Notes under the pieces: model-generated
Database searches by the model: none
Seen by the model: only the letters and a program-made list of their open reading frames with translations
Told to the model about the DNA's origin: nothing
Assembly (NCBI GenBank): GCA_028534125.1
Contig: CM052817.1
Coordinates: forward strand, 68,760,001-68,824,000
Direction: 5' to 3'
Length of the DNA: 64,000 nt
DNA from: Lama glama
Taxonomy: Eukaryota
Made by a program: the position numbers and the translations under genes
Part shown: positions 26,235 to 37,520 of the stretch, piece after piece
Layout: each line of letters opens with the position of its first letter
Position numbering within the stretch: the stretch's first letter is position 1

Positions 26235-26578
26235 TGTGGCAGAAACTGCTTTGTTATTTCCTTTTTTCTCTCCCAGACTCACAAGTATACTTCATTTCCC
26301 ACCTTCCCTTGCATTTATATATGACCATGTAATTAAGTTCTATCCAAAGCAACTCTGCCACTAATGTTTCTGCTTCCCCACTTTCCAAATGAGTGAAGAG
26401 AGTTCTGGGGATCTGTAGAAGGATCCTGGGACCGTGAGTCCCAGGACTAGAGAGATTCAGGACTTTTGGCCAATAATCCTGCTCTGAGTTGCTGCATGAG
26501 CAATAGACTTTTATTGTGTTAAACAGTTGGGATGTTGGGTCTGTTTGTTATTGTGTAGAACTTATGTTAACTAATACA
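26235..26578 (+). mobile_element. Old MLT1 (H/I/J-like) MaLR LTR
   Basis: TG..CA ends: tgtggcagaaactg..catttcccaccttcccttgca..gaccatgtaattaagttct..ctttattgtgttaa..tttgttattg..aactaataca. Confidence 0.7.
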
Positions 26579-27200
26579 ATCATCTTAACAGTACTAAACT
26601 AGTAGGAGTGATGGATCCTGAAGTCCGATTAGAGAAAGATGGATAGAGCATCCAAAGGCATTTTTGGACACAGTTCTGATTGTTTACTATGTGGCTGTGG
26701 CAACTTATAGTTAGCCATTTTGAATGCTTTAATTTTTCTATTGTTTGAAATAATGCATCTCTGAGAGTGGTCTAATCAAATATCAACTAGACCAGATCTA
26801 CCAGTTATTTTCTCATATTTTCTCTTCCTCTTGACTAGTTTAAATGGTAAATCTGAAAAGTTAAAATGTCAAACATTCGGCCAGATGCTACAATAGTAAG
26901 CAATCTGCTCAGTAGTAAGCTCTCTAGCAAAGATTGTCTCCCCAGATGCCTGAGAGTCTGTCAGGAGCAGAAGGCTTCCTGACACCAGGTAGCGTATACA
27001 AACAAATTCCACATGGGGTGACACCAAGAGAGCTTCTGTTGCGTCTTCTTCTGCCGTGAAGAACATCATAAAATTCCCTCTTTTGTTCCCTAAGGTTCAG
27101 AATATTCTAAGTCTCACAAGAAGGGATGGGAGAAGAAAAGAAAAAAGGTTTCTCAACACATTTTTATGTAATAGAACTCAAAAGAAAAAGATAAGACCTA

Positions 27201-27427
27201 CTGTATTTCATTCATTCAGCTTAACTAAAATTGAGATGCCTCTTACATACTCAGTATAGTTAGAAAGCATTATGTCATAACTCAGTTGGCACCAATTTTT
27301 CTTTTTTTACTTGTAGCTTAAAATAATGGTCTTACAACAAATTAAGGGTGGTTTTTTTTCCTTTCTTATTTGTACATACAATGATTTATCTTACAATTAA
27401 CAATGTCTTTGATTTGATGAAATACAG
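27201..27427. mobile_element. MER104-like TcMar-Tc2 MITE
   Basis: Terminal inverted repeat CTGTATTTCAT...ATGAAATACAG preceded by TA; internal gatgcctcttaca/tcttacaatt motifs. Confidence 0.7.
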
Positions 27428-29120
27428 TCATCACTGCATATTTGAAGATCAACAACCTGTCATTTAAATTTGCATAGTGAACAAAATTTGCAGGGCTATT
27501 TTTTTATTGCTCTAATTTGTACAAGCCACATTTTTTTAACATTATGGTTTGTTTCAACATGGAGCAGACTTTTGCATGTTTGAATTTCTAGTGTCTTTCC
27601 TACAACAGAGCAACCACTTCTGTGATTATTACAATAGTATCATCATTAGTAATGAGGGTGGCATTTTGGCTTCCAAATCTGTCATATTTATTTAAAAAAT
27701 GTCTTAATCAAGTCCTCACCCAGATCATTTAGTTCTTTTCCCCAAAGAGAAACAGATTTGCCATTGTTGTTTCCTAGAGAACTCATTTTGGTGTTTGACA
27801 ATGTGATGATGTGACAAAAAGGGACAGCAATCTTCTCAATGAATTTGAAATATTTGATTTTACTCAGATAGCTTTAAAACCAGTTATTTCAAACCTTATG
27901 GTAAGTAGGGTGGGATATTCCTGGTTTCCTACATTCTGTGTTCCGTTATGGCTACTGGGTCCATATGTGGTTTGAATCAGCGTGGGGAAAGATGTTTTAT
28001 CCCAAACCAACTCTTTCATGCTTCAGCATTAAGAACTGAGATAAAGATGAATCACACCAACTTGCATTGAAGGTACATTCACAGTTTGGTTGTAAAGAAT
28101 GGCATGCTAAATACCTTTTTGAACACTTGTATGCTTTCTATTTTGAACATGAGACAGTAAATCATTTCATTGAAAGATCAATTTGATTTCCCCAAAGTTA
28201 TAAACTGGTGACAAAACAAAATGTAACTAACTCATCATTTTTTGACTTCCTCCTAGGTCATCAACCAAACTTAAAAATCCAGGTCTTCTTTCATCTAAGG
28301 TAGAACTCATGATCACCTACAATGACCACTTTAATCTTTTAGGAAGATCAAACAAAAATGATTATGGAGGAACAAACGTGAGAAATCAAATATATCAGAA
28401 AATCTCTGGTGAAATGACATTTTGTGTAACAAGTGTTTCTAACTTGAAGGATGATAGTGGCAGCATGGCAGAGTGGTTTAAAATGCTGATTGGAATGAGG
28501 AAGTATTAACCCAAATTATTCAAATCTATTAAAAGTAGACTCATTTAGACTCAGTTTCATCCTATTCCATGGCTGGAGGAAAAAAAATCCTACATGTTTT
28601 ATGTTAGTTATGGTTGCCTTAAAATGTTTTAGAATTTTGGCAGATTAATCTTTTTAAAAGTCCATGGGTTTGCAAAATTTAGTAAAACCAGTAATTGAGA
28701 GGGGTAAAGAGAGTAGAGACAGGAAAAAGAGGAGACAGGATACAAGAACTGAAACACATGTCTGAGCTGTAAGCTTCAGAGACAAACAGATATCATAATG
28801 AGGACAGGGCACCAAAAAAGGAAACTGCTTTGTGTCAAAAGTTTGCAAGTATAGTTCCAGATTAAAGAATCTAAATGTGTATTGACATGAAAATTGAGTT
28901 TTGCATGAGAGGAACAATGGACCACTGACTGAAAGGCAAACATAATCTTTCTTCTTCTGAAATAGATACTTAAAGAACATCATCACTTTAAAATAGAACA
29001 GAATGGAACAAATATTTTCATGCTGCTTAATGAATTATTTCTCATCACTGCTCAGTCAAATACATTTCTCCCTTTCAATAGACAACATAGAAGTGAACAC
29101 ATTTAGGGCACATGCTACAG

Positions 29121-29328
29121 CAGGTTTTCTCAACCTTGGCACTCTTGACACTTTGGACCAAATGACCCTTTGTTATAGGGCGCTGTCCTGTGCCACATAG
29201 ATGTCTAGCACCATCCCTGGTTTTTACCCACTCAATACCAATAGCAACCTCCTACAACTGGACACCAAAATGTCTCCACACACTGCCTGCTGGGGTGGTG
29301 GAAAATCACCCCTGGATGAGAAGCATTA
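29121..29328 (-). mobile_element. MER20 hAT-Charlie MITE, full length
   Basis: caggttttctcaaccttggcact..ctgtcctgtgc..aaaatgtctcca..aaaatcacccctggatgagaa; 8-bp TSD TGCTACAG/TGCTAGAG. Confidence 0.9.
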
Positions 29329-29648
29329 TGCTAGAGGCAAGTCTAACAAAATTGATGTACTTCCTTTAACAGTATTTCCATCATCTCCACTTCTACATAT
29401 TTTCCTCTAGAATTGGGAACATATGAGAGGCCAGTCTGGTCATATGAAAATTCTGATTATTTTGTAGCTGCCCACACCTAGGATCTAAGTGCCCTAAGTT
29501 CATGCAGAAGGGAACTGGAGATTCTTGAAATGGCCATTATTATTTTGATAGGAACTTAAGAGGTGAGGTGGGAGTTGAGGGGTGGGGCATGAGAAGAAAG
29601 GATAAAAGGATAAGACTTGCAAAATGGGGAGAAAGGAAGGAAGAAATC

Positions 29649-30112
29649 TACAATAGTTTCTTAGGGCTACTGGGACAAAATGCCTCAAAGTGGGTGGCTT
29701 AAAACAATAGAAATTTATTCTTAGTTCAGGAGGCTAAAAGTCTGAAATTAAGATGTTGTCAGGGTCATGCTCTTTATGAAAGCTCTAGAGGAGAAGCTGT
29801 TTCATGTATTTTCATAGCTTCTCGTGTCACTGGCAATCATTGGTGTTCCTTGACTTATAGACACATCATTCCATTCTCTGTCTACATTGTCACATTGTAT
29901 TTCCCCTATCTCTGTCTCTGTTTTTCAATCTCTCCTTCTCCTCTTCTTATAAGAATAACAGTCATTGGATTAGAGTCCACTCTAATTGAATATGACCTCA
30001 TCTTAACTTGATTATATCTGCAAAGACCCTATTTCCAAATGAGGTCACATTTGCAGATACCGGGGGTTAGGGCTTCAACATGTTTTGAGGGAACACAAGT
30101 CAACCTACAACA
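29649..30112 (-). mobile_element. MLT1C MaLR solo LTR
   Basis: gggtggcttaaaacaatagaaatttattct..atatgacctcatcttaacttgattatatctgcaaagaccctatttccaaat..caacctacaaca. Confidence 0.88.
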
Positions 30113-30394
30113 GGGCCCAACTCAAATCTGAAATAGAGAACTTTTTTATACTTTGTGACTTTCATTTGTATATGACCAGCTAACAGGGAAGTTATTTAAT
30201 GATGGACAGTACCTTCTTCCTGTTCCATGCCGGGGATGGCAGACTGAGGATACATAGGTAACAGATGGACACTTAAGATAATCTGAAGAGACTTTAAAAA
30301 CAAAAAGTGTTCCAAAGGTATGGGAATTGTGTAAAGAAACCAATAGAATGGTGTGGTTGTCGGGAACTAGTAAGTAAATAGGGCTTTGTTACCA

Positions 30395-30790
30395 TCACCT
30401 ATCACCTCTAGACCTGATGGGGAAAGTGGTTATTGTAATGAGAGAGAGAAACAGAGGGAGAGGAAGAGGGAGGGAAGGGAAAGAGAGAGAGAGAGAGAGA
30501 CACACACACACTGTTGAGTTGGAAGCCTGGTCAAGGGATACAGCCATCCCATGGACACCCTGCATGGAGGCAGCCTGAACTAATAAATATCCTGATCTCT
30601 TCCCTCCCTCCTTCCTGCCAGTCCTACCCAGTTGGTCAAACCTAACAAAAAGCCAGAGGGCAACCTGTTGACAGTATATACAGATCAGACTTCTGCCACT
30701 AGCTCTACCCTGAACACATCCATCAAGCCAGAGCATAAGCAAGTTTAAGAAGAGTGGATCTGAAAGTCCAAATGAAATATATCTAGTATA
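30395..30790 (-). mobile_element. LTR33-like ERVL LTR with (GA)n/(CA)n expansion
   Basis: caagggatacagcc..aataaatatcctgatctc..ttggtcaaacctaac..aagccagagggcaa..agagtggatctgaaag..caaatgaaatatatc. Confidence 0.7.
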
Positions 30791-31209
30791 CATATTCTGT
30801 CTATTAAAAAGTATAATTCAATTTTTATTAACCTGTCCATAGTTTGACTATTTTATTTGAAGGGGATCTCTTGCCTGGCTGATTTATTTATTGATCTTTG
30901 AATAAAAGTGACAAAAAATTCTGCAGTGCATCAGATTGGTAGTTGTTATATGAATGCGATCATACCATATTCATTAGTATACTTGTCTTGATGATATATC
31001 TTCAAAAAGAAAAAAGAAACACAGTGGTTAAAAAAGAGCCTTATCATTTGTGAGACTATGGAGAATTAGAAAAGTAGCCAAATGCAGTTAGCAGTTGTCT
31101 CAGAGAATCTGGATGATTCAGGACAAGGAGTGAAATAAATCTGAAAATCTCAACTGTTTAAAAGGCTTAAGCTTTTTCTGACTTTGGAACCAACCCTGTC
31201 ACATGCTAT

Positions 31210-31470
31210 TTTCTTTTCTAGAAAGGTTCCTAGCCTAGCTAACACCTGCTCTTCCCTCAGGTCACAGCCCAGCTGTCAATCAAATAAGTCTTCTCAACCC
31301 TTTCCCACCTTTTAAATAAGGGCCCTTCAGTTATTTTCATTTTTAGAATCTATTTCTTTTCATTTATTGCTTTATTGTAATTTGTAGTTATATATTTAAT
31401 TGTGATTTTTTGTTTATTTACCTTTTTTAAATTTGACTGTAAGTTCCTGGTAGCAGAGATCGTATCTGGA
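31210..31470 (+). mobile_element. L2 3' part, split by L1; its tail resumes at 32342-32430
   Basis: gctaacacctgctcttccctcaggtc..gactgtaagttcctgg..gcagagatcgtatct; after the L1: cagtgcttatcacagtgcct..ttgaatgaataaat. Confidence 0.7.
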
Positions 31471-32341
31471 TTTTTTCTAATTGAAGTGTAGTAGATTTAC
31501 AATGTTGTGTTAATTTCTGGTGTACAGCATAGTGATTCATTCATATATATACTTTTTCATGTTTTTTCATTATAGGCCATTACAAGGTATTGAATATAGT
31601 TCCCTGTGCTATACAGTAGGACTTATTGTTTATCTATTTTATGTATAGTAGTTAGTATCTACAAATCCCAAACTCTGAATTTATCCCTCTCCATCCCTGG
31701 TAACTGTAAGTTTGTTTTCTCTGTCTGTGAGTCTGTCTCTGTTTTGTAAATAAGTTCATTTGTGTCCTTTTAAAAGTTTATTTTATTTTGTAAGATTCTA
31801 CATATAAGTGATATCATATAGTATTTTTCTTTCTCTTTCTGGCTTACTTCACTTAGTATGATGATCTCCAGGTACATCGATGTTGCTGCAGATGGTATTA
31901 TTTTATTTTATTTTTATGGCTGAATAATATTCCATTATATATATATATACCACAACTTCTTTATCCAGTCATCTGTTAATGGACATTTAGGTTGCTTCCA
32001 TGTCTTGGTTATTATAAATAGTGCTGCTATGGACATTGCGGTGCATGTATCTTTTTGAATTAGAGTTCTCTTTGGCTATAAGCCCAGGAGTGGGATTGCT
32101 GGATCATATGGCAAGTCTATTTTTAGTTTTTTGAGGAATCTCCATACTATTTTCCATAATAGCTGCAGCAATTTTTATTTCCACCAACACTGTAGGAGAG
32201 TTCCCTTTTCTCCACACCCTCTCCAGCATTTATCATTTGTGGACTTTTTAATGGTGGCCATTCTGACTGGTGTGAGGCAACATTTCATTGTAGTTTTGAT
32301 TTGCATTTCTCTGATAATTAATGATACTGAGCATTTTTTCA
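31471..32341 (-). mobile_element. Cetartiodactyl/camelid-type L1, 5'-truncated (~870 bp)
   Basis: attgaagtgtagtagatttacaatgttgtgttaatttctggtgtacagc..tattgaatatagttccctgtgctatacagtagga; flanking tggattt duplication. Confidence 0.9.
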
Positions 32342-32730
32342 TGGATTTATTTTTTTATCTGTCTCTCAGTGCTTATCACAGTGCCTTGCCCAAATTAATT
32401 AATTTTTCAAATGCTTGAATGAATAAATTAAGCTATGTTGTCACTGGACTTATAATTACCATATCCTCAGGAGTAATTTGGGCTTGTGAATCTTTGTATA
32501 ATTTAATATAGTATGTGTATAGTATGTAGTATGTATGTAGTAATATAATATAATATGTTATATTATTGCTCAGGGGTTAATCAGAGGCATTGATATTTGG
32601 GGCTGAATGGCTAGAGTAGAAGGTGACCAACTTCCCTTGCTTATTGTCACAGATATGCCAAGGAGATAAAATATATAAAATACATTTAGAGAAAAGGCAT
32701 GCTAAAAATAACAAAATGATGAAAATCAAA

Positions 32731-32873
32731 TGCATTGTAGGATGTTAAGCAGCATCCTTGGCTTCTACCTAGTCAATTCCAGTAATGCCCCTCCAGTTGT
32801 GACAACCAAAATTATCGCCAGACATTGCCAGTTGTCCCTGGGGAGACAAAATTGCCTCAGTTGAGAGCCAGTA
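32731..32873 (-). mobile_element. MER20 fragment
   Basis: tgcattgtaggatgttaagcagcatcc..ccagttgtgacaaccaaaa..ccagacattgcca..gttgagagcca. Confidence 0.88.
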
Positions 32874-32949
32874 CATCTCAAAATTAATAAACAAACAAAA
32901 AAACCCAGACCAAATCAAACAAAAACAAAAAGCAGTTACCCTTACATTA

Positions 32950-33135
32950 TGCATTATCATTCACTGTCCCAAGAAACTTAAAACTCTCATAAGGCAGATT
33001 TGTGTTGTCTCTATTTCATGTATAATAAAAGGAAAGGTAACAAATTAAGTAATAGCGTTAATGCCACATAGTAAGAGGCAGAGTGAGAAATATGAAGTTA
33101 GGTTTTTTAATTCCAAAGCTTGCACCATTTCCACA
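32950..33135 (-). mobile_element. MIR fragment
   Basis: aattaagtaat..ccacatagtaagaggcagagtgagaa..attccaaagc..catttccac. Confidence 0.6.
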
Positions 33136-34724
33136 AATCTATTTTGCTACCTTACTTAAAACACCCGCTGGAAAGTTCCGGAGCAGAGATGAGCACCAGC
33201 CCCTGGAGACAGCGAGGGCCCTGCCACACACCATCACCTCGAGGGCTCAGTGTCACTTTTAGGGGTTCCAGGGGCTAAAGCCTAATTTAGGATCCTTGGT
33301 GGCCACCATCTGATTCCTCCCAGCTATACATTCTCAAGCCTGAGAAGATACAGATCTTCCAGATCATCCCTGACCCTTTCTTTTCTGGGAGACACCTAGA
33401 AGAAAGCAATTCTATTTTCTTTTTCAAAATACATTTGTATTGACACTGTAACTTTTAAAAGCAGAATTGGTAATAATATTAGTGGCAGATGTGTTCTCAG
33501 AAACATTAAATTTGTTTTATTTTCTACCTGATCAGAAATGGTTTGGGGAAGAGGCAAGAAGTGAGAAATAGAAACACAGGGAAACACACATAGTCACAGA
33601 CCAAGAGAAATTGAAGGGAAGTCAGAAAGAGAGACAGAGAAAGACAGAAAGTGACACACTTAGACACACACATGGAGCCGTAGAGAGAAGCACACAGAAT
33701 GAAACACATACAGACTCAGAGAGACAGATACACCATGGATCAGAAGGGACATGAGAGATGGGGGCTTGTGGTGGGGAAAGGGTCTTGGGACATAAGACTT
33801 ACTAGGGAGTTGTGAAAGGCAGGGAGAAGACTTATTAATCTGCTTTCCAGGGACTTGACCAAGTAGCAGACCTGATCTCAGAAATGCTTCTGGTATTATT
33901 GTTAAGCATATTGAGAATCATTTCTCTCATCCTGAGAAACACAATGCATCTGGACAACTGAAAGAACTCTCATACTTATTCAGATGATAACCCCCTGAGG
34001 GCATGAAGACCCTGTTTCCTCCTTTCTCACTTTTCTGTCCCTTTCTATATTTCCCTCCATCCCTGCAAATCCTAGAGCAGCTGACTTAAGTATATGTCAG
34101 GAAAGGTTCAGGGCAGGTTAAGCAGGCTGCAAGCAGCTGTGTGCAGCCTGGGTGGAGGCAGGGGCCGTTGTGAGCTCTACATTTGGGAGGACCTCAAAAG
34201 TTTGCTCCCCCGGGACCATTAGACCATTGTTGACTTCTAGATTGAGGCACACAGCACTGAGGCAGCTACTATCCAGTTTATAGCATTGCCTGACTATGCT
34301 GGGAAGGGCTTTAGTGCCTGATCCACATAATATTTGATACCTCCCTCCGGATCAGAAAAACCCAAAGTTAACATCCAGGGTCCAAATATTTTCTAACTGG
34401 CTTCTCAGCCGACAGCCGGAGCCAGCCATCAGAGGTTTGACCGGACTGTGTGCAGCTGACAGTAGACCACGGAACAGTTAACCTTCAGGTGTGAAATTGA
34501 GTTGACATTGCACATAGAGGAAGTAGTTATCGTAGTTTATGATAAAAATTATTTCTGAGTCTGTGGCTCTAGTGTTCACCCCAAGTGATCTGTGACTCCT
34601 CTCAGTCAATGAATGCTGGAATCAAAATATTGTGTGGAAGTTGTCAGGAGTATAATTGCCTTTGGAGACAGAGACTTCGATTCCATCTTGACAGCACACT
34701 ATTCTATGAAGAACAAGTCCAGGA

Positions 34725-34875
34725 ACCAGAAGGATCTCAGTGGTTCTCTAGTCCAACTGCTTGCTTTACTCAGGAGGACACCCAGAACCACAGAGGTTAA
34801 GAGACTTGTTTAAGATCATGCAACAATTCGGTGGCATAACTGTGACTAGACCTGGGCTTGCTACTCTTCCTCCTG
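34725..34875 (-). mobile_element. MIR3/MIRc fragment
   Basis: tctagtccaac..cagaggttaagagacttgtttaagatcatgcaac..gtggca..gactagacctggg. Confidence 0.55.
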
Positions 34876-36349
34876 TTTCATTTCCATTTAGGGTACATAA
34901 ATAAATAGTAATGTTTTAAATAGAAATTAATGGTCTTTTTGAAAATTTCCAATTAAAAGTCAAAGGAACATCAATGCATAGAGTACATGTTTAATAAACG
35001 TTGAGAATAAGAGGGAGAACTAAGAAAAAGTATCCAGTATCTAGCCTAATTTGCATGCAGTAAGTATTTATTGAAATGAATGAGGTCAAATTACTAGCAC
35101 TCTTCTCAGGAGGTTCCTGTTGTATGAAACAGCCACAAAATGATTTACCTTAGTGAAGGATACAGGGCTCACAACTCATGCAGTGCCATTTTGGAAAAGT
35201 GTTTTTCTTATATAATTAAAACTAATGGAAAATTCACTAAGCAAAGAAATGCTAAAGATATAAGGTGCTCAAGAGATGAACAGATGCAAACCATATGTAA
35301 CTACTTAAGAAAGTACACTCTCAGCACATGTGAAGCTCCTTTGTTGTCCCTGCAGAGTGAAGTAAGTCCTATTTCCCAAGTCTCTTTATTTTGGATTTTC
35401 TCCCAATGTAAAAAAAAAAAAAATCCTGCCTTGTAAGATTCAACAGCATAGACTACAAAGCCAGGGTTTCATAGAAGTGGTAGGTTATTTGAGGAGAATT
35501 AGTCCCCCCAACCCCGTACATCACTCTTAAATAGAATATTTCATCAAGTATTGCTACCAGCAAAATGGGGTAGGGGGCAGTGTTCCTCCTAGAAGTTGAA
35601 ATAGCAGTGAAAGGTTGAATGAACCAGATCATATGTCACATTTTTCAGATAACTAGATTCTCTGGGGACTCAAGAGTGGTAAAGGTTTAACAGGATCTCA
35701 ATGAATCTCTCAGGTCTCCTTGTGTTTCATTGTATTCTGACCATGAATCATGTAAAAGTTCATCAGATCAACTCATTTCTCAGCTGTGTTTGTGTTTTAA
35801 GACCTTCCCTCTTGTTTGGCAAATCTGTGTGTGATGATCTGTCTGTGGTTCCAGGTCACCTGAGCATTTAGGCTGCTGTTCTGTTTACAGCTCCCAAAGT
35901 GTCTTTTTTTCCCAGAGGCTACATCATCCTGGCCTTTTGACACATTGGAAGGACAGAGATATTGCAAAACAGCTCTTTGAGCATCTCTATTTTGGGGAAT
36001 AAATTGCTAAGTTAACATGGAAGGCCAAGGATTCCCTTTACAATTTCTCCCTGTATTAGCACGAGCCAAAATAATGCTTACCAGGGTCAGTTTTGGCTAG
36101 TCTTAATAATGACAATTTCAATCCAATAAACTTAATATGTAAAAAGTAAAGTTTTTAAGGTATTTCAGAAGAAACTAAGTTAGTCACTATATTAAACAAA
36201 GAGTGAAAATTTTAATTTACTGATAAATAATTAAAGATTCCTCAGGGAATATTGTATATCTTGGCAATATGTACTTCAGAGACGCTTATGGTAAATGATT
36301 CTAAAAGAACACATTTTAAAGCATATGAATAATTTATATTTATAAAAGC

Positions 36350-36535
36350 CATATCTTTTGTAAAGTTTACCAAGACTTTACCATGCAGTATTCCATCTAA
36401 GGTCATAATCTTTTGAGAAAGGTATGATTACATCCATATTAAAAATAAAGAGTATGTTTCAGAAAGACCAAAAAACTCGTCTCAAGACAAACAGCTAAGA
36501 AGAAACAGGATAAGACTTAAATCTTCTCAATCAAC
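36350..36535 (-). mobile_element. MIR fragment
   Basis: aagtttaccaagacttt..atccatatta..ttcagaaag..ctcaagacaaacagctaagaag. Confidence 0.5.
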
Positions 36536-37334
36536 CACTCAAGACATTAAAATTATTTAAAAGTATATTTTCCAGCATGTTACCTCTTAATTGTTTGGTC
36601 CCTCAGCAACCAGCTAATGCTTTTTAGGTTTACTTCAGAAGGAAAAAAAAATTTATCTAATTATATAGGGCTTGGAAATATATTTTTTATGAAAATTATA
36701 TTTATGGACTCATAGAGATCAAGAGATAAATTTGAAAGTAATGTATCTTTGCTATTGAATTGGATTGCTTGTAAACCATTCTAGAAGATAAGAATTGATT
36801 TAAGCTCTTAAAAAAAAAGATTATGCATCTTATTTGTGTCAGCTATTCCATTGGTTAACAACTCTACTCAGCTAAAATTTTTGTTAAGATTTGAAACTAT
36901 TCACCTGTGGAGAAGGTTTTTCCATTATTAAATTAGAATCTGTTAAGAAGAAAAACCTTCAATGACTCTTCTTCATACTGATCTTCAGGTTACTTGATCT
37001 TTATTTTGTTTCTAATACTTGATATGTATTTAGATTTGGTCCTTAAATAAGTGAAATGTCATGCTTCTCCTTAATTCTAGAACTTTGCATTTACTCAGTA
37101 TTAAAGTAGAAGTTCAGAAAGTACTGAATGCATTAAGAGCATCGTTTTACTGATCGAGTTGGATACATATTTAAGAATTACAATTAAAAACATTGTCTTA
37201 TTAGTCAGGCCACTGCCTGCAGCTATCATCTACATTGTACCATCTTTTTGCTACTGACACTTTCTCAAGTCTTTGCCAAATAACAGGCAATTTTGTTCCT
37301 AGTTACCCTTCTCTGCACTTGTCCTTAACCACAG

Positions 37335-37520
37335 AAGTGGTTCTCAAATTTTAGCAAGTTTCAGAATCATCTAGAGGGCTTGATAAAATACAGGTTGCTT
37401 GGCCCCACCTCTAGAGTATCTAATTCTGTAGGTCTGAAAGAGGCCCAAGAATGCATTTGGAGCTGGTTCCCTGGTGATGCTGTTGCTATAGATTCAGGGC
37501 CTACATTTTGTGACCACATA
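37335..37520. mobile_element. MER5A hAT-Charlie MITE
   Basis: agtggttctcaaattttagc..cagaatcatctagagggcttgataaaatacag..ggcccaagaatgcattt..ggtgatgctg..cattttgtgaccac. Confidence 0.88.
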
